Shown here one piece after another: positions 8,409 to 16,691 of a stretch of 28,144 nt of DNA. The stretch is from Candidatus Saccharimonadales bacterium (GTDB taxonomy: Archaea > Micrarchaeota > Micrarchaeia > Micrarchaeales > CABMGC01): the NCBI GenBank assembly GCA_035508815.1, contig DATJMH010000008.1, positions 1 through 28,144 on the forward strand. Direction: 5' to 3'. A program made the translations under genes and the position numbers. The notes under the pieces were generated by a model. The model did not search any database, was not told the DNA's origin, and worked only from the letters and a program-made list of their open reading frames with translations. Position 1 is the first letter of the stretch; every line of letters starts with the position of its first letter.

Positions 8409-8777
8409 TTAAACCTTGAACCTTGATCTTTCAGTCAGCTCGTACATGTTGCCGTCAGGCGCAATGAAGTGCATCCACCTGTTCCCCTTACCGTCGCCGT
8501 ATATCTCGCCGCACTTTATCCCGTTAGCGCGCAGCTCCTCGGTGCCTTTTTCTATGTCTTCCACAAGGAAGCCGGCCACGGGCGCAGTGGGGAAGAACTT
8601 GGCGTCCTCCCTGTCCATTCCGAAGACCTCGACGAGGTCGCCCCTTTCCGTCTTGAAGACGTTGAAGTCCTCCTCCTGGTGCACAAGCTTCATGTTCATT
8701 GTCTTGCTGAACATGCTGGAGAGCGCACCGAAGTTCCTGGTCCTGGAGCCCAGCCATGCAATCCCTATGACCTTCAT
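8409..8777 (-). CDS. VOC/glyoxalase-like family protein
   Basis: 122 aa with the paired beta-alpha-beta-beta-beta pattern: GFLVEDIEKGTEEL...G, FIAPDGNMYELTE. Confidence 0.85.
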   Translation of the reverse strand: MKVIGIAWLGSRTRNFGALSSMFSKTMNMKLVHQEEDFNVFKTERGDLVEVFGMDREDAKFFPTAPVAGFLVEDIEKGTEELRANGIKCGEIYGDGKGNRWMHFIAPDGNMYELTERSRFKV

Positions 8778-8789
8778 GATACCACAAGC

Positions 8790-9614
8790 TCAGTTCTGCG
8801 ACTCGAAGTGCTTCCTCAGCTCCTCCATTTCCATCACCCTGTAGTTCAGCCCATGGACTATGTGGAGCTCCCTCCCGACTATCCTCGAGATGCTCAGGTC
8901 AAAGGCGTTGAACACGGTCTGGAGATGGCTGAGCTGCTCGGTCAGGAGGTCGGTGGCCTCCTTCTCGCTGACCCCTACGGAAGTGCTCTCTATGTACATC
9001 GTGCTGTACGTCGGCATCTCGCCGTCCGATATCCTGTCTATCCTGGTCTGGACTATGTTTATCTTCCTCTGCAGCTCCCTTATGGTCAGCTCGTTCGGCG
9101 TGGTCGCTCCCTCCTCCTTGGAGAGCTGGAACTCCACGTAGCCCCGCTGGCCCTCGAGGTCCTCCCTGTACTTCTGGACGTCCTCGGCAGAGGAGATGAG
9201 GTTGAACTTGAACGGGAAGTTGGTGTTCATCACTATGCGCTCCCAGTTGTCCGGCGCCTCGGAGAGCCCATCCCCCTTCTCGGCCTCGGCGTTCTCCGCA
9301 GCGAAGACGTACTTGTAGACGTTCGCTGTCAGGTATCCTGTGGCGTAGTAGAGCCCGTTGACGTACTTCAGGACGCAGTTCTGCGACTTCGGCACCCTGT
9401 GGTCCTTGGAGAGCATTATCTCCACGTTCAGGTACTTGGTCAGGAGCGGGAAGACCAGGAAGTCGGCAAAGTTCATGATGAATATTATGCCGAGTATCAG
9501 GACCCCGAGTATTATTATCGGAAGGCTCATGAAGCCGTAGTTGGGCGCGCTGGCAAGCACCAGCACCACCACCGCCGCGGAGGCTCCCATGTAAAGAACA
9601 GTATCTATATCCAT
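8790..9614 (-). CDS. Membrane protein with 2 N-terminal TMs and a cytoplasmic coiled-coil domain (PrgI/TrsD-like candidate)
   Basis: 2 TMs followed by a soluble domain with a central coiled coil. Paralogous to 9614..10423 and coupled to it by a TGATG overlap. Confidence 0.7.
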   Translation of the reverse strand: MDIDTVLYMGASAAVVVLVLASAPNYGFMSLPIIILGVLILGIIFIMNFADFLVFPLLTKYLNVEIMLSKDHRVPKSQNCVLKYVNGLYYATGYLTANVYKYVFAAENAEAEKGDGLSEAPDNWERIVMNTNFPFKFNLISSAEDVQKYREDLEGQRGYVEFQLSKEEGATTPNELTIRELQRKINIVQTRIDRISDGEMPTYSTMYIESTSVGVSEKEATDLLTEQLSHLQTVFNAFDLSISRIVGRELHIVHGLNYRVMEMEELRKHFESQN

Positions 9615-10423
9615 CAGGCTCCACTCATTGTCTTCTGGCGTATCCTCTCGCTGACTGTCTCGACCGGTATCATGTACTCCGGCTCCAGGAGGGTCAGCAG
9701 CTCGCTGCCCTTGGCCACGTAGGCATTCACGCCGAGAGTGGCGCTTATCCCTCCGGCAAGCTCCTCGGCCCTCTGGTAGGCTATGTTAGAGGCCTCCTCG
9801 TCGTTGCCTCCCAGCGCGCTGACCATGGCGAAGAGCACCAGGGCCTGCGAGTGCGACTTGCTCACGCTGTCAAGTAGGTTCCTCCACATGGTCACCTCCC
9901 CCCTCGCCCTCTCCATCCCGCCGCGATGCTGGTCCCCATCCACGCTCTGCATGCTCCTGTACTTCTCCTCGGTCTCGTTGAGCATGGCGCGCAGCTTTGT
10001 TATGTACTGGTCCTTGTTGACCGCATACATCTCCGCCGAGAGCTTCATGGGCGTCTTCCCCAGGGTGAGTATCCTGCCGAACAGCTTCGAGAGGTCGGCC
10101 TTCTCCTCCTTGTTCATCTCGGTGCCGGACCTGTAGATCGGTATCTTTATGAATGCGCTTGCATAGACGTTCTGGCCCTCCCTCCTCACTATCGAGTTCC
10201 CCGAAGGCGCCATCGTGAAAGCCTCCCCGCCGTATATGACGAGGTTGGCTCCCTTCTTCTTGACAACCGACTCAAACATGTAGATGTAGTTCTTGGTGAG
10301 GAACGCGACAAGGGCCGCGAGCATGGCTATTATCGCCAGCGCCGCGCTCAGGAGGTGTATGCTCACCACCTCCGACGCGACCGTTATCATTATGGCCACG
10401 CCTATGCATATCCCGAAGAGCAT
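9614..10423 (-). CDS. Membrane protein with 2 N-terminal TMs and a cytoplasmic coiled-coil domain (PrgI/TrsD-like candidate)
   Basis: Same architecture as 8790..9614, with a similar C-terminal segment (VSALGGNDEEASNIAYQRAEEL vs TSVGVSEKEATDLLTEQLSHL). The start may lie further upstream (see findings). Confidence 0.7.
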   Translation of the reverse strand: MLFGICIGVAIMITVASEVVSIHLLSAALAIIAMLAALVAFLTKNYIYMFESVVKKKGANLVIYGGEAFTMAPSGNSIVRREGQNVYASAFIKIPIYRSGTEMNKEEKADLSKLFGRILTLGKTPMKLSAEMYAVNKDQYITKLRAMLNETEEKYRSMQSVDGDQHRGGMERARGEVTMWRNLLDSVSKSHSQALVLFAMVSALGGNDEEASNIAYQRAEELAGGISATLGVNAYVAKGSELLTLLEPEYMIPVETVSERIRQKTMSGA

Positions 10424-10481
10424 CAGTTGGGTGTTGGGTATCTAAGCACCATTCTCCTATGCCACGTGAAAACTTATATTG

Positions 10482-11591
10482 CTATAGCCTTATCCTTCCG
10501 GAGAGCTGCGCCATGCCGCCTATGAACTCCGCGACCTGGAGTATTATCGCGTAGGTCAGCGCCATTATCAGCGCCGGGTAGAAGAGCACCGAGAGCCAGT
10601 AGGAGTCCATGCAGACCTGTATGTTGCCCAGCGTCTGCTCGAGAGGCGAGGTCGCAGTAAGCGCGTTGGTCTGCGCGCCGGTCCCGAGGCCGTACTGGGT
10701 CAGCGCGGTGGTGGCCTCGCCCGTGCACTGGATGGTCTGCGTGTTTGTGAAGTAGTAAGCTACCGAGAACAGGAGCGGAAGCACCATGTAGAACCCTATG
10801 GCCACGGCTATCATCATGCCTCCCAGCCCCCTTGTGGGTATCAGCGACCTGAGGATGACCCCGGGGATCAGGAAGACGGGTATCGCGATGTACATGAATG
10901 TCAGTATTATCCAGAACTCCGCGTAGAGCACCCCTATGACCTCGAGCTGGAGGTCTATCATGACAAGCGCCGGGATGTAGAACGCGCCGTATATCGCATA
11001 GTAGAAGAGCTGGGGCACTACCGCGCAGTCGTTGGCGTTCGGCGGAGGGTATCCTGTGATGCCCAGCAGGGGGTTCGGGACCAGCGGCGGGCAGAAGTAG
11101 AACTTGACGTTCAGCCAGAACCCGTCCAGGGCCGCTATGTTGAAGAGCTGGGAAATCTCGGCGTTGAGCTGGGTGATGGTGTTGCTTATGTACGTCAATG
11201 CCACGTTGTACGGATTGACGGGCCCCGTGGCTATTCCAGGTATCAGCCCGAACATCACGCTGGCTATGAAGACGAAGCCTATGACTATTATGGCGCTTGC
11301 CGCCGCCTCGTAGTACTCGCCAATGCCGAAGTTCCTTATCCTCTCGCTCCTCAGGAGGACGCCCATCCCGAATATCACGCTCGCTATGCCGAAGGAGATG
11401 AAGACCGCTATGAAAGCCACCGGCTCCCACTGCTCCCAGTAGTTCGCGAGCGCCTGGTTTATCTGGCTGCAGTACCAGGGCGCGGTGCCCTGCACCGCCG
11501 GGGCGCATGCCGCGGTATCGGCGCCGAGCGGATGCAGGGCTAGCAGCACGAGCACCAGGGCCGGAACCAATATCTTTGCGAGTCTATCCAT
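10482..11591 (-). CDS. VirB6/CedA-like polytopic membrane protein, paralog 6 of 6
   Basis: Signal/TM, Cys loop, RIRNFGIGEYYE motif, PGVILRSLIPTRGLGGMMIAVAIGFYMVLP motif and a C-terminal TM ending IGG. The ORF is clear; the family call is inferred. Confidence 0.7.
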   Translation of the reverse strand: MDRLAKILVPALVLVLLALHPLGADTAACAPAVQGTAPWYCSQINQALANYWEQWEPVAFIAVFISFGIASVIFGMGVLLRSERIRNFGIGEYYEAAASAIIVIGFVFIASVMFGLIPGIATGPVNPYNVALTYISNTITQLNAEISQLFNIAALDGFWLNVKFYFCPPLVPNPLLGITGYPPPNANDCAVVPQLFYYAIYGAFYIPALVMIDLQLEVIGVLYAEFWIILTFMYIAIPVFLIPGVILRSLIPTRGLGGMMIAVAIGFYMVLPLLFSVAYYFTNTQTIQCTGEATTALTQYGLGTGAQTNALTATSPLEQTLGNIQVCMDSYWLSVLFYPALIMALTYAIILQVAEFIGGMAQLSGRIRL

Positions 11592-11598
11592 TGTAGCA

Positions 11599-12687
11599 CT
11601 AAAGAATCCTCTCCAGCATCGAGAGGAGATCCATCCTTTCTCCTATAGCCTGTGAAAAGTCAACTATAAAGACGTCGACTATGACAAGGTTTATCAGCGG
11701 TATGAGCGTCAGCCCTATCCAGACCAGCCCCACGTATATGAAGACGGGCTCAGGCACCGTGGTCGCGGTTGTAGTATACACGGAGCCGCCCAGCGCGAAG
11801 AGGCCCGCGAGCCCGGAGCTCGTGTATGTGGTTACAAGCGGAGGCAGGAACCAGATGGCGCTCAGCGCAGCGCCGTTCGCGAAGGCTAGCGACTGCGCCT
11901 GGTCAAGCCCGTAGTTTATGAAGCCGTAGTTCATGCAGACAAGCGCAGGGAAGACCACCCCGAGCCCCAGCGCGAAGGCTATCATGGCGCCGCCGAAGGT
12001 CCTGCTGACCCCGAATATCCTGGCGACCAGGCCCAGCGACATCAGTATTGCGAAGATCAGCGCCGACGCTGAGAGCATTATCAGCTGGACGTCGTTCGCG
12101 AGCGCGAAGGCGTAGATGAAGTCTATTGCGGGGCCCAGGTACTTGAAGCCCGTGTCCTTGGGGTAGAATGAGAAGGGAGCGGCGAGCCCTATGCTGCCCC
12201 CTGCCACAGGTATGTCGATCCTTATGTTGTAGCTGGGCTGGAGGGAGACTGCGACCAGGACGAAATAATACTGCGCGTTGTTCAGGTTCGCGGTAAAGAC
12301 GTTGAACTGGTACATGTCGCATATCGAGAGCGAGTAGATGTTGCCCATCGCGCCGGTGCATTCGTTCGGCACCAGGTTGTAGGTGTTTAGGAAGTTCAGG
12401 TTTGTGCCGTATATTAGGCTCGCAGCGAAGAGGAACGCGAATATCAGGAGCAGGGAGAGCATCACGTCGTATATCTTCACCCTGGTCCAGGACCGTATGT
12501 CGCTCCTGCCGACGAACTGGCTGATCCCGTATATCAGCGCCAGCACCGCCAGCACCGCGAGTGCTGCAAGCGCAGAGACCGAGAACCAGGCCTGGTAGGT
12601 GGAGTTGAAGCAGCTTCCAATCCCCGCAGCGGCGCATGTGCTGGTCGCAAGGAGGAATGAGTGCAATAAGGCGAGGTCTACTATCAT
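11599..12687 (-). CDS. VirB6/CedA-like polytopic membrane protein, paralog 5 of 6
   Basis: DIRSWTRVKIYD and LGLVARIFGVSRTFGGAMIAFALGLGVVFP motifs. ATGA overlap with the upstream paralog. Confidence 0.7.
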   Translation of the reverse strand: MIVDLALLHSFLLATSTCAAAGIGSCFNSTYQAWFSVSALAALAVLAVLALIYGISQFVGRSDIRSWTRVKIYDVMLSLLLIFAFLFAASLIYGTNLNFLNTYNLVPNECTGAMGNIYSLSICDMYQFNVFTANLNNAQYYFVLVAVSLQPSYNIRIDIPVAGGSIGLAAPFSFYPKDTGFKYLGPAIDFIYAFALANDVQLIMLSASALIFAILMSLGLVARIFGVSRTFGGAMIAFALGLGVVFPALVCMNYGFINYGLDQAQSLAFANGAALSAIWFLPPLVTTYTSSGLAGLFALGGSVYTTTATTVPEPVFIYVGLVWIGLTLIPLINLVIVDVFIVDFSQAIGERMDLLSMLERIL

Positions 12688-13970
12688 ATTATCCTCTCAA
12701 ACAGCCTGTTGCTCTGGAGAGACGGCGAGCCGAGCAGGTCGCCCAGCGCCTCCAGGAGGTCGAAAGATATTACAAAGGAGATGCCCAGCCCAATCAGCTT
12801 GCCTATGGCTATGGCGACCACCTCCACGTAGACGTCGAGGTTATTGATGAAAGGCGTGCCTCCACCTGTGAAGTCGCTGAAGACCGCGTTGAGGAAGGAC
12901 CATGCCTTGGAGAGGATGCTCTGCGTGAGGAAGGCCCAGGTACTCTGGCTCGTGGGAAGGTTCTGGCCCTGGCAGTTGCCCGCCACAAAACCTATCACGT
13001 CTGCAGCGATGTCGGATGTTGCGGCCATCGTGCAGGCAAATGATCCCGCGTTCGAGGCCGTCGCGTCGGTCTGCGGCACCACGGCCAGCGCCGAGAACGG
13101 GAAGTAAAGCGCTGGGAAGATGATGTAGAATGAGATGAACAGCGCGAGGAAGGAGCCTCCCGCGGCGCGGGTCCATGGGAAGGAGCGGAAGAGTATCCCG
13201 GCGTAGAGGAATATCGGGAAGAGGAAGTATATGACGTAGAACATGAAGATGGTGGCCACTCCGAGTATGACTATGATGAACACCGGGGACTCCTCAAAGA
13301 GGATCAGCTGGTAGAAGAGCGCCAGCCCTCCCAGCGGAGTGATGGTGAAGCTCGGCGCGTAGTTCGCTATCGAGGGACCGAAGTTGACCGAGATGACAAG
13401 GCTGGTCGCTATATCGTACAGCGGCTGGATTATGAGGGTGCCCACGAAGACGCCGAGGAGCGGCAGGATCTGCCCATCCAGGACGTTGGTGCATATGCTG
13501 GTGTAGAGCGTCTTCACGTTGCCGGTGCCTATCCCGCCGGTCTGCGAGACCCCGCCAAGGTTGGCCAGGTTGGAGAAGAACGCGGCGAAGCCCCCCACAG
13601 TGGCAAGGCCCCCGATTATCACGAGTATCATCAGGAGGTTGAAGAAGCTCTCAACGTATTCCGTCTTCGCGAAATCCACTAGCTTGTTTATGCCGAAGCC
13701 CCTGCCTATGCCGTAGACCGCAGAGATCACCACCAGGACCATCAGCACTATGAGGAGCGCCAGGTCGGCAACGCTCTGGAATATGCTACCGGTCCCCGGA
13801 GTGAATGCATTAGTAACTATTGCCCCCCCGGGCCCAGAAGACCCGGCGACCTGGTTGTTGAAGAGGTCGGTGCAGTACTGGTTCTGCACCGGCCCTGTTG
13901 ATGATGCCGCACTCGCTGTAGTGACCAGCAGCGCGAAGACGGCAAGATACAATATCAGTCTGTTCCTCAT
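12684..13970 (-). CDS. VirB6/CedA-like polytopic membrane protein, paralog 4 of 6
   Basis: KLVDFAKTEYVE and AGILFRSFPWTRAAGGSFLALFISFYIIFP motifs. Confidence 0.7.
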   Translation of the reverse strand: MRNRLILYLAVFALLVTTASAASSTGPVQNQYCTDLFNNQVAGSSGPGGAIVTNAFTPGTGSIFQSVADLALLIVLMVLVVISAVYGIGRGFGINKLVDFAKTEYVESFFNLLMILVIIGGLATVGGFAAFFSNLANLGGVSQTGGIGTGNVKTLYTSICTNVLDGQILPLLGVFVGTLIIQPLYDIATSLVISVNFGPSIANYAPSFTITPLGGLALFYQLILFEESPVFIIVILGVATIFMFYVIYFLFPIFLYAGILFRSFPWTRAAGGSFLALFISFYIIFPALYFPFSALAVVPQTDATASNAGSFACTMAATSDIAADVIGFVAGNCQGQNLPTSQSTWAFLTQSILSKAWSFLNAVFSDFTGGGTPFINNLDVYVEVVAIAIGKLIGLGISFVISFDLLEALGDLLGSPSLQSNRLFERII

Positions 13971-13977
13971 GCAACCA

Positions 13978-15474
13978 CTAAAGCAGCCTGCTTATTCCGA
14001 ACAGGCTCGTGTCCCCTCCCAGTACCGTTGATATGCCCTTGACTGCGGAAAGCAGCATCAAGATGTTGAATACCGGGAGCAGCAGAGTGAATACGAACAC
14101 CTGGCCGTAGAAGTTCGAGAGCGCAAGCCATGTCCTCTCCATGTTCGCTGGCGAGCAGTTGAATCCCGGAATGTCTGGCTCCGGCAGCGTCCCGGAGAAG
14201 GTGCCCACTGTATCCCTTATGGCAAGGTAGAGGCCTACCCCCGGGACTGAATACGAGCCCCCGAGAAGCGCCTCTGCCTCGAGCACGCTTCCGTTGGGCG
14301 GCCAGCAGCCGTAGTAGTTGATGATGTAGTCTATCCTCGGGAAGACGTAGAAGTTTATCTTGCTGGTGTCGTAATCTATCTTCGGGTTGGGGTTCGAGCT
14401 TCCAGGCAGCCAGCTGCCTATGGTGAATGCTTGAGGCTCCTGGCCGGTGAGGGTCATGGCTGGGAAAGCGGTCGAGGTCGCGCCGACGGCTGTCAGCGGG
14501 CTCGTCGCGTTGGTGAGCGAGGCGTACTCGAACAGGCTGAGTATAGGATATAGGAACATGCCCACAAGCACTATCGCTATCACCATTCCGCCGGCCCTGC
14601 GCGTGAACGACGACGCCCTCATTATCAGCCCCGCGGCCAGTATGTACGGCCAGCCGAAGAGCATCAGCATTATGAGCAGCATCTGGAGAAGGCCCATGTA
14701 GAACGCCAGCTGAGACTCCGTGTTCACATATATCGTACCGGCCCTCAGCTTGGTGTAGAACTGGAAGGGGGTGTAGCTGTAGACTGCGGTCGGGCCTCCG
14801 TACGGGTACGCAATGCACGGGGCGTTGGGCTCCGACATGCAGACTATCTCGGTCGGCGTGAAGGTGGCCAGCACGTAGAAGTACGTCTCATAGACGTTGA
14901 GGATGTCGAGGCTGAACGCCTCCTGGCTGGTCAGGTTGGCCGTTATGACATACGTCTCACCGAGGCCGAAATCTATGTTCTGCGTCGGGTCCCTGCTGCC
15001 CTGCGACGAGCTACCGCCGTTTATTATCTGCGAGCAGACGGCCATCGTGGGTCCGGGTATCATGGTGTTGGTGATGTCGAGCTGCGAGCCGGCGAGCTGC
15101 GTGCATATGTTCTTCACGCTGGTGGTCACCCCGGTGGCTCCGGAATAGACCGCGCTGCCATACACGTTGAATATCATTATCACTATGACAAGCACGACCA
15201 CGGTGCCTGTGACCTGGGCGAACTCGTTTATCGCCGCGGCCTTGAGCCTGCTGTTGCCCAGGAGCACCGCGGCCGCGTAGTACATCAGGGAAACCATGAT
15301 CCCCAGCATGGTGGCTAGGATGATCACGGGCATCCACGTATAGAAAGCCGAGACGTCTGTCGTCAGCGGGCAGGTGGTGGCGCCGGGGCATGGGTTGGTC
15401 ACCCCGGAAGAGTCGGCGATCACGGCCGAGAGAGACAGCAGCACGAGCACCAGTGCGAGAGTGAACTTCCTCAT
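13978..15474 (-). CDS. VirB6/CedA-like polytopic membrane protein, paralog 3 of 6
   Basis: RLKAAAINEFAQ and AGLIMRASSFTRRAGGMVIAIVLVGMFLYP motifs. Largest extracellular loops of the set. Confidence 0.7.
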   Translation of the reverse strand: MRKFTLALVLVLLSLSAVIADSSGVTNPCPGATTCPLTTDVSAFYTWMPVIILATMLGIMVSLMYYAAAVLLGNSRLKAAAINEFAQVTGTVVVLVIVIMIFNVYGSAVYSGATGVTTSVKNICTQLAGSQLDITNTMIPGPTMAVCSQIINGGSSSQGSRDPTQNIDFGLGETYVITANLTSQEAFSLDILNVYETYFYVLATFTPTEIVCMSEPNAPCIAYPYGGPTAVYSYTPFQFYTKLRAGTIYVNTESQLAFYMGLLQMLLIMLMLFGWPYILAAGLIMRASSFTRRAGGMVIAIVLVGMFLYPILSLFEYASLTNATSPLTAVGATSTAFPAMTLTGQEPQAFTIGSWLPGSSNPNPKIDYDTSKINFYVFPRIDYIINYYGCWPPNGSVLEAEALLGGSYSVPGVGLYLAIRDTVGTFSGTLPEPDIPGFNCSPANMERTWLALSNFYGQVFVFTLLLPVFNILMLLSAVKGISTVLGGDTSLFGISRLL

Positions 15475-16689
15475 CTAACTACCCCAGAACGGCCCTATGC
15501 CGAAGATCTGTCCCATCGCCTCGAGGCTCTTGTGGAGCCCAACTGCGAAGCCTATCGTTATCCCGACGTCAAGAGCTATAAGGAAGATGGCCTGGAACAG
15601 GTACTGCGCAGTCTCCATCACGAAGTTGTTAAGCAGGCTTGGCACGCTCACGAGCCCCTGGAAGATCTCGCTCACAGCGGCCAGGAACCCGCCGCTGCCC
15701 TGCGCCTGGAACGAATAGAAGTTGGTCCAGACATTGATAAGGGCTCCGATTCCGGAGATGCTGGCGGTGCTGGCGTACTCCGGGTTGGTGAAGAGCTGGT
15801 TTATGGGCAGGTTGTTCAGCTGGTATCCCGGGTTCAGGTACGGGGTCGCATAGGGGTTGCACGAGCCCCCGTTTATGCAGTACGTCCAATTGACGACGTA
15901 GTAATTCATCGCGAGGGTGAGCGGGAAGACGAAGTAGAAGGCTATGGCTATGGCCACCAGGCCGTTGGACACCTCCCTGAGCTTGGGCCCGGTGAATGCC
16001 AGGGAGCGCATTATTATCGCGACCGGTATGACCAGGGTGAGTGCCAGCGCCTCTATGACGTTGAGCGAGAGGAAGATCACGAACAGGAGGCCGAAGCTCA
16101 CCACCACCAGCGGCGCGAGCACCGTGTTGAGGACGTAGCTGTACTCGTATATAACGGTCGCCGGCTCGTCAGTGCCCGTTATCGCTATCTTCAGCCCCGT
16201 CCCGGAGTTCCTGATGGGGACGGCCTGCCCAATCTCCGACACGAAGAAGTTCACCAGTGTCGCATCGACCATCAGCACGGTGCCTGCGGAGAAGAGCCCG
16301 GTGACCAGGGCTATGCCCTTGGCGAACATGAGGTTGCCTATGTAGTAGCTTGCGAACTGGAAGGGATCCTGGTAGTTGAGCGGCGCCGCAGCGGTGCCGA
16401 CCAGGGCGCTGCCTATGCTGCACGCGCTGAACGAGAGCGTGAAGAGGACGATTATCAGTATTATGCTGAATATTCCTTGTATGTACTCGTACTTCACCAC
16501 ACCGCGTACCCTCTCCCTGGTGTTTCCCGGGAAGAGGCCGCTCAGCCCGTAGGCCATGGCGCTTATCATGAGCGACATCACAACCACGAGCGCAGTTATG
16601 GAGAGCCAGTTGTTGTTGTTCAGGAAGCTTATGTTGTATGCGCACTGTGACAGGAAGGTGCTCGACGATGAGAGGAGGAAGCCGATCAT
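15475..16689 (-). CDS. VirB6/CedA-like polytopic membrane protein, paralog 2 of 6
   Basis: RVRGVVKYEYIQ and PVAIIMRSLAFTGPKLREVSNGLVAIAIAFYFVFP motifs. Its stop directly abuts the next ATG. Confidence 0.7.
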   Translation of the reverse strand: MIGFLLSSSSTFLSQCAYNISFLNNNNWLSITALVVVMSLMISAMAYGLSGLFPGNTRERVRGVVKYEYIQGIFSIILIIVLFTLSFSACSIGSALVGTAAAPLNYQDPFQFASYYIGNLMFAKGIALVTGLFSAGTVLMVDATLVNFFVSEIGQAVPIRNSGTGLKIAITGTDEPATVIYEYSYVLNTVLAPLVVVSFGLLFVIFLSLNVIEALALTLVIPVAIIMRSLAFTGPKLREVSNGLVAIAIAFYFVFPLTLAMNYYVVNWTYCINGGSCNPYATPYLNPGYQLNNLPINQLFTNPEYASTASISGIGALINVWTNFYSFQAQGSGGFLAAVSEIFQGLVSVPSLLNNFVMETAQYLFQAIFLIALDVGITIGFAVGLHKSLEAMGQIFGIGPFWGS

Positions 16690-16691
16690 AG

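Noticed and set aside
8469-16650. Long overlapping ORFs such as 8469..9722 +, 10474..11508 - and 15532..16650 +
   Set aside because: Shadow frames of the membrane-protein genes, with Arg/Pro/His-biased composition and no independent start signals.
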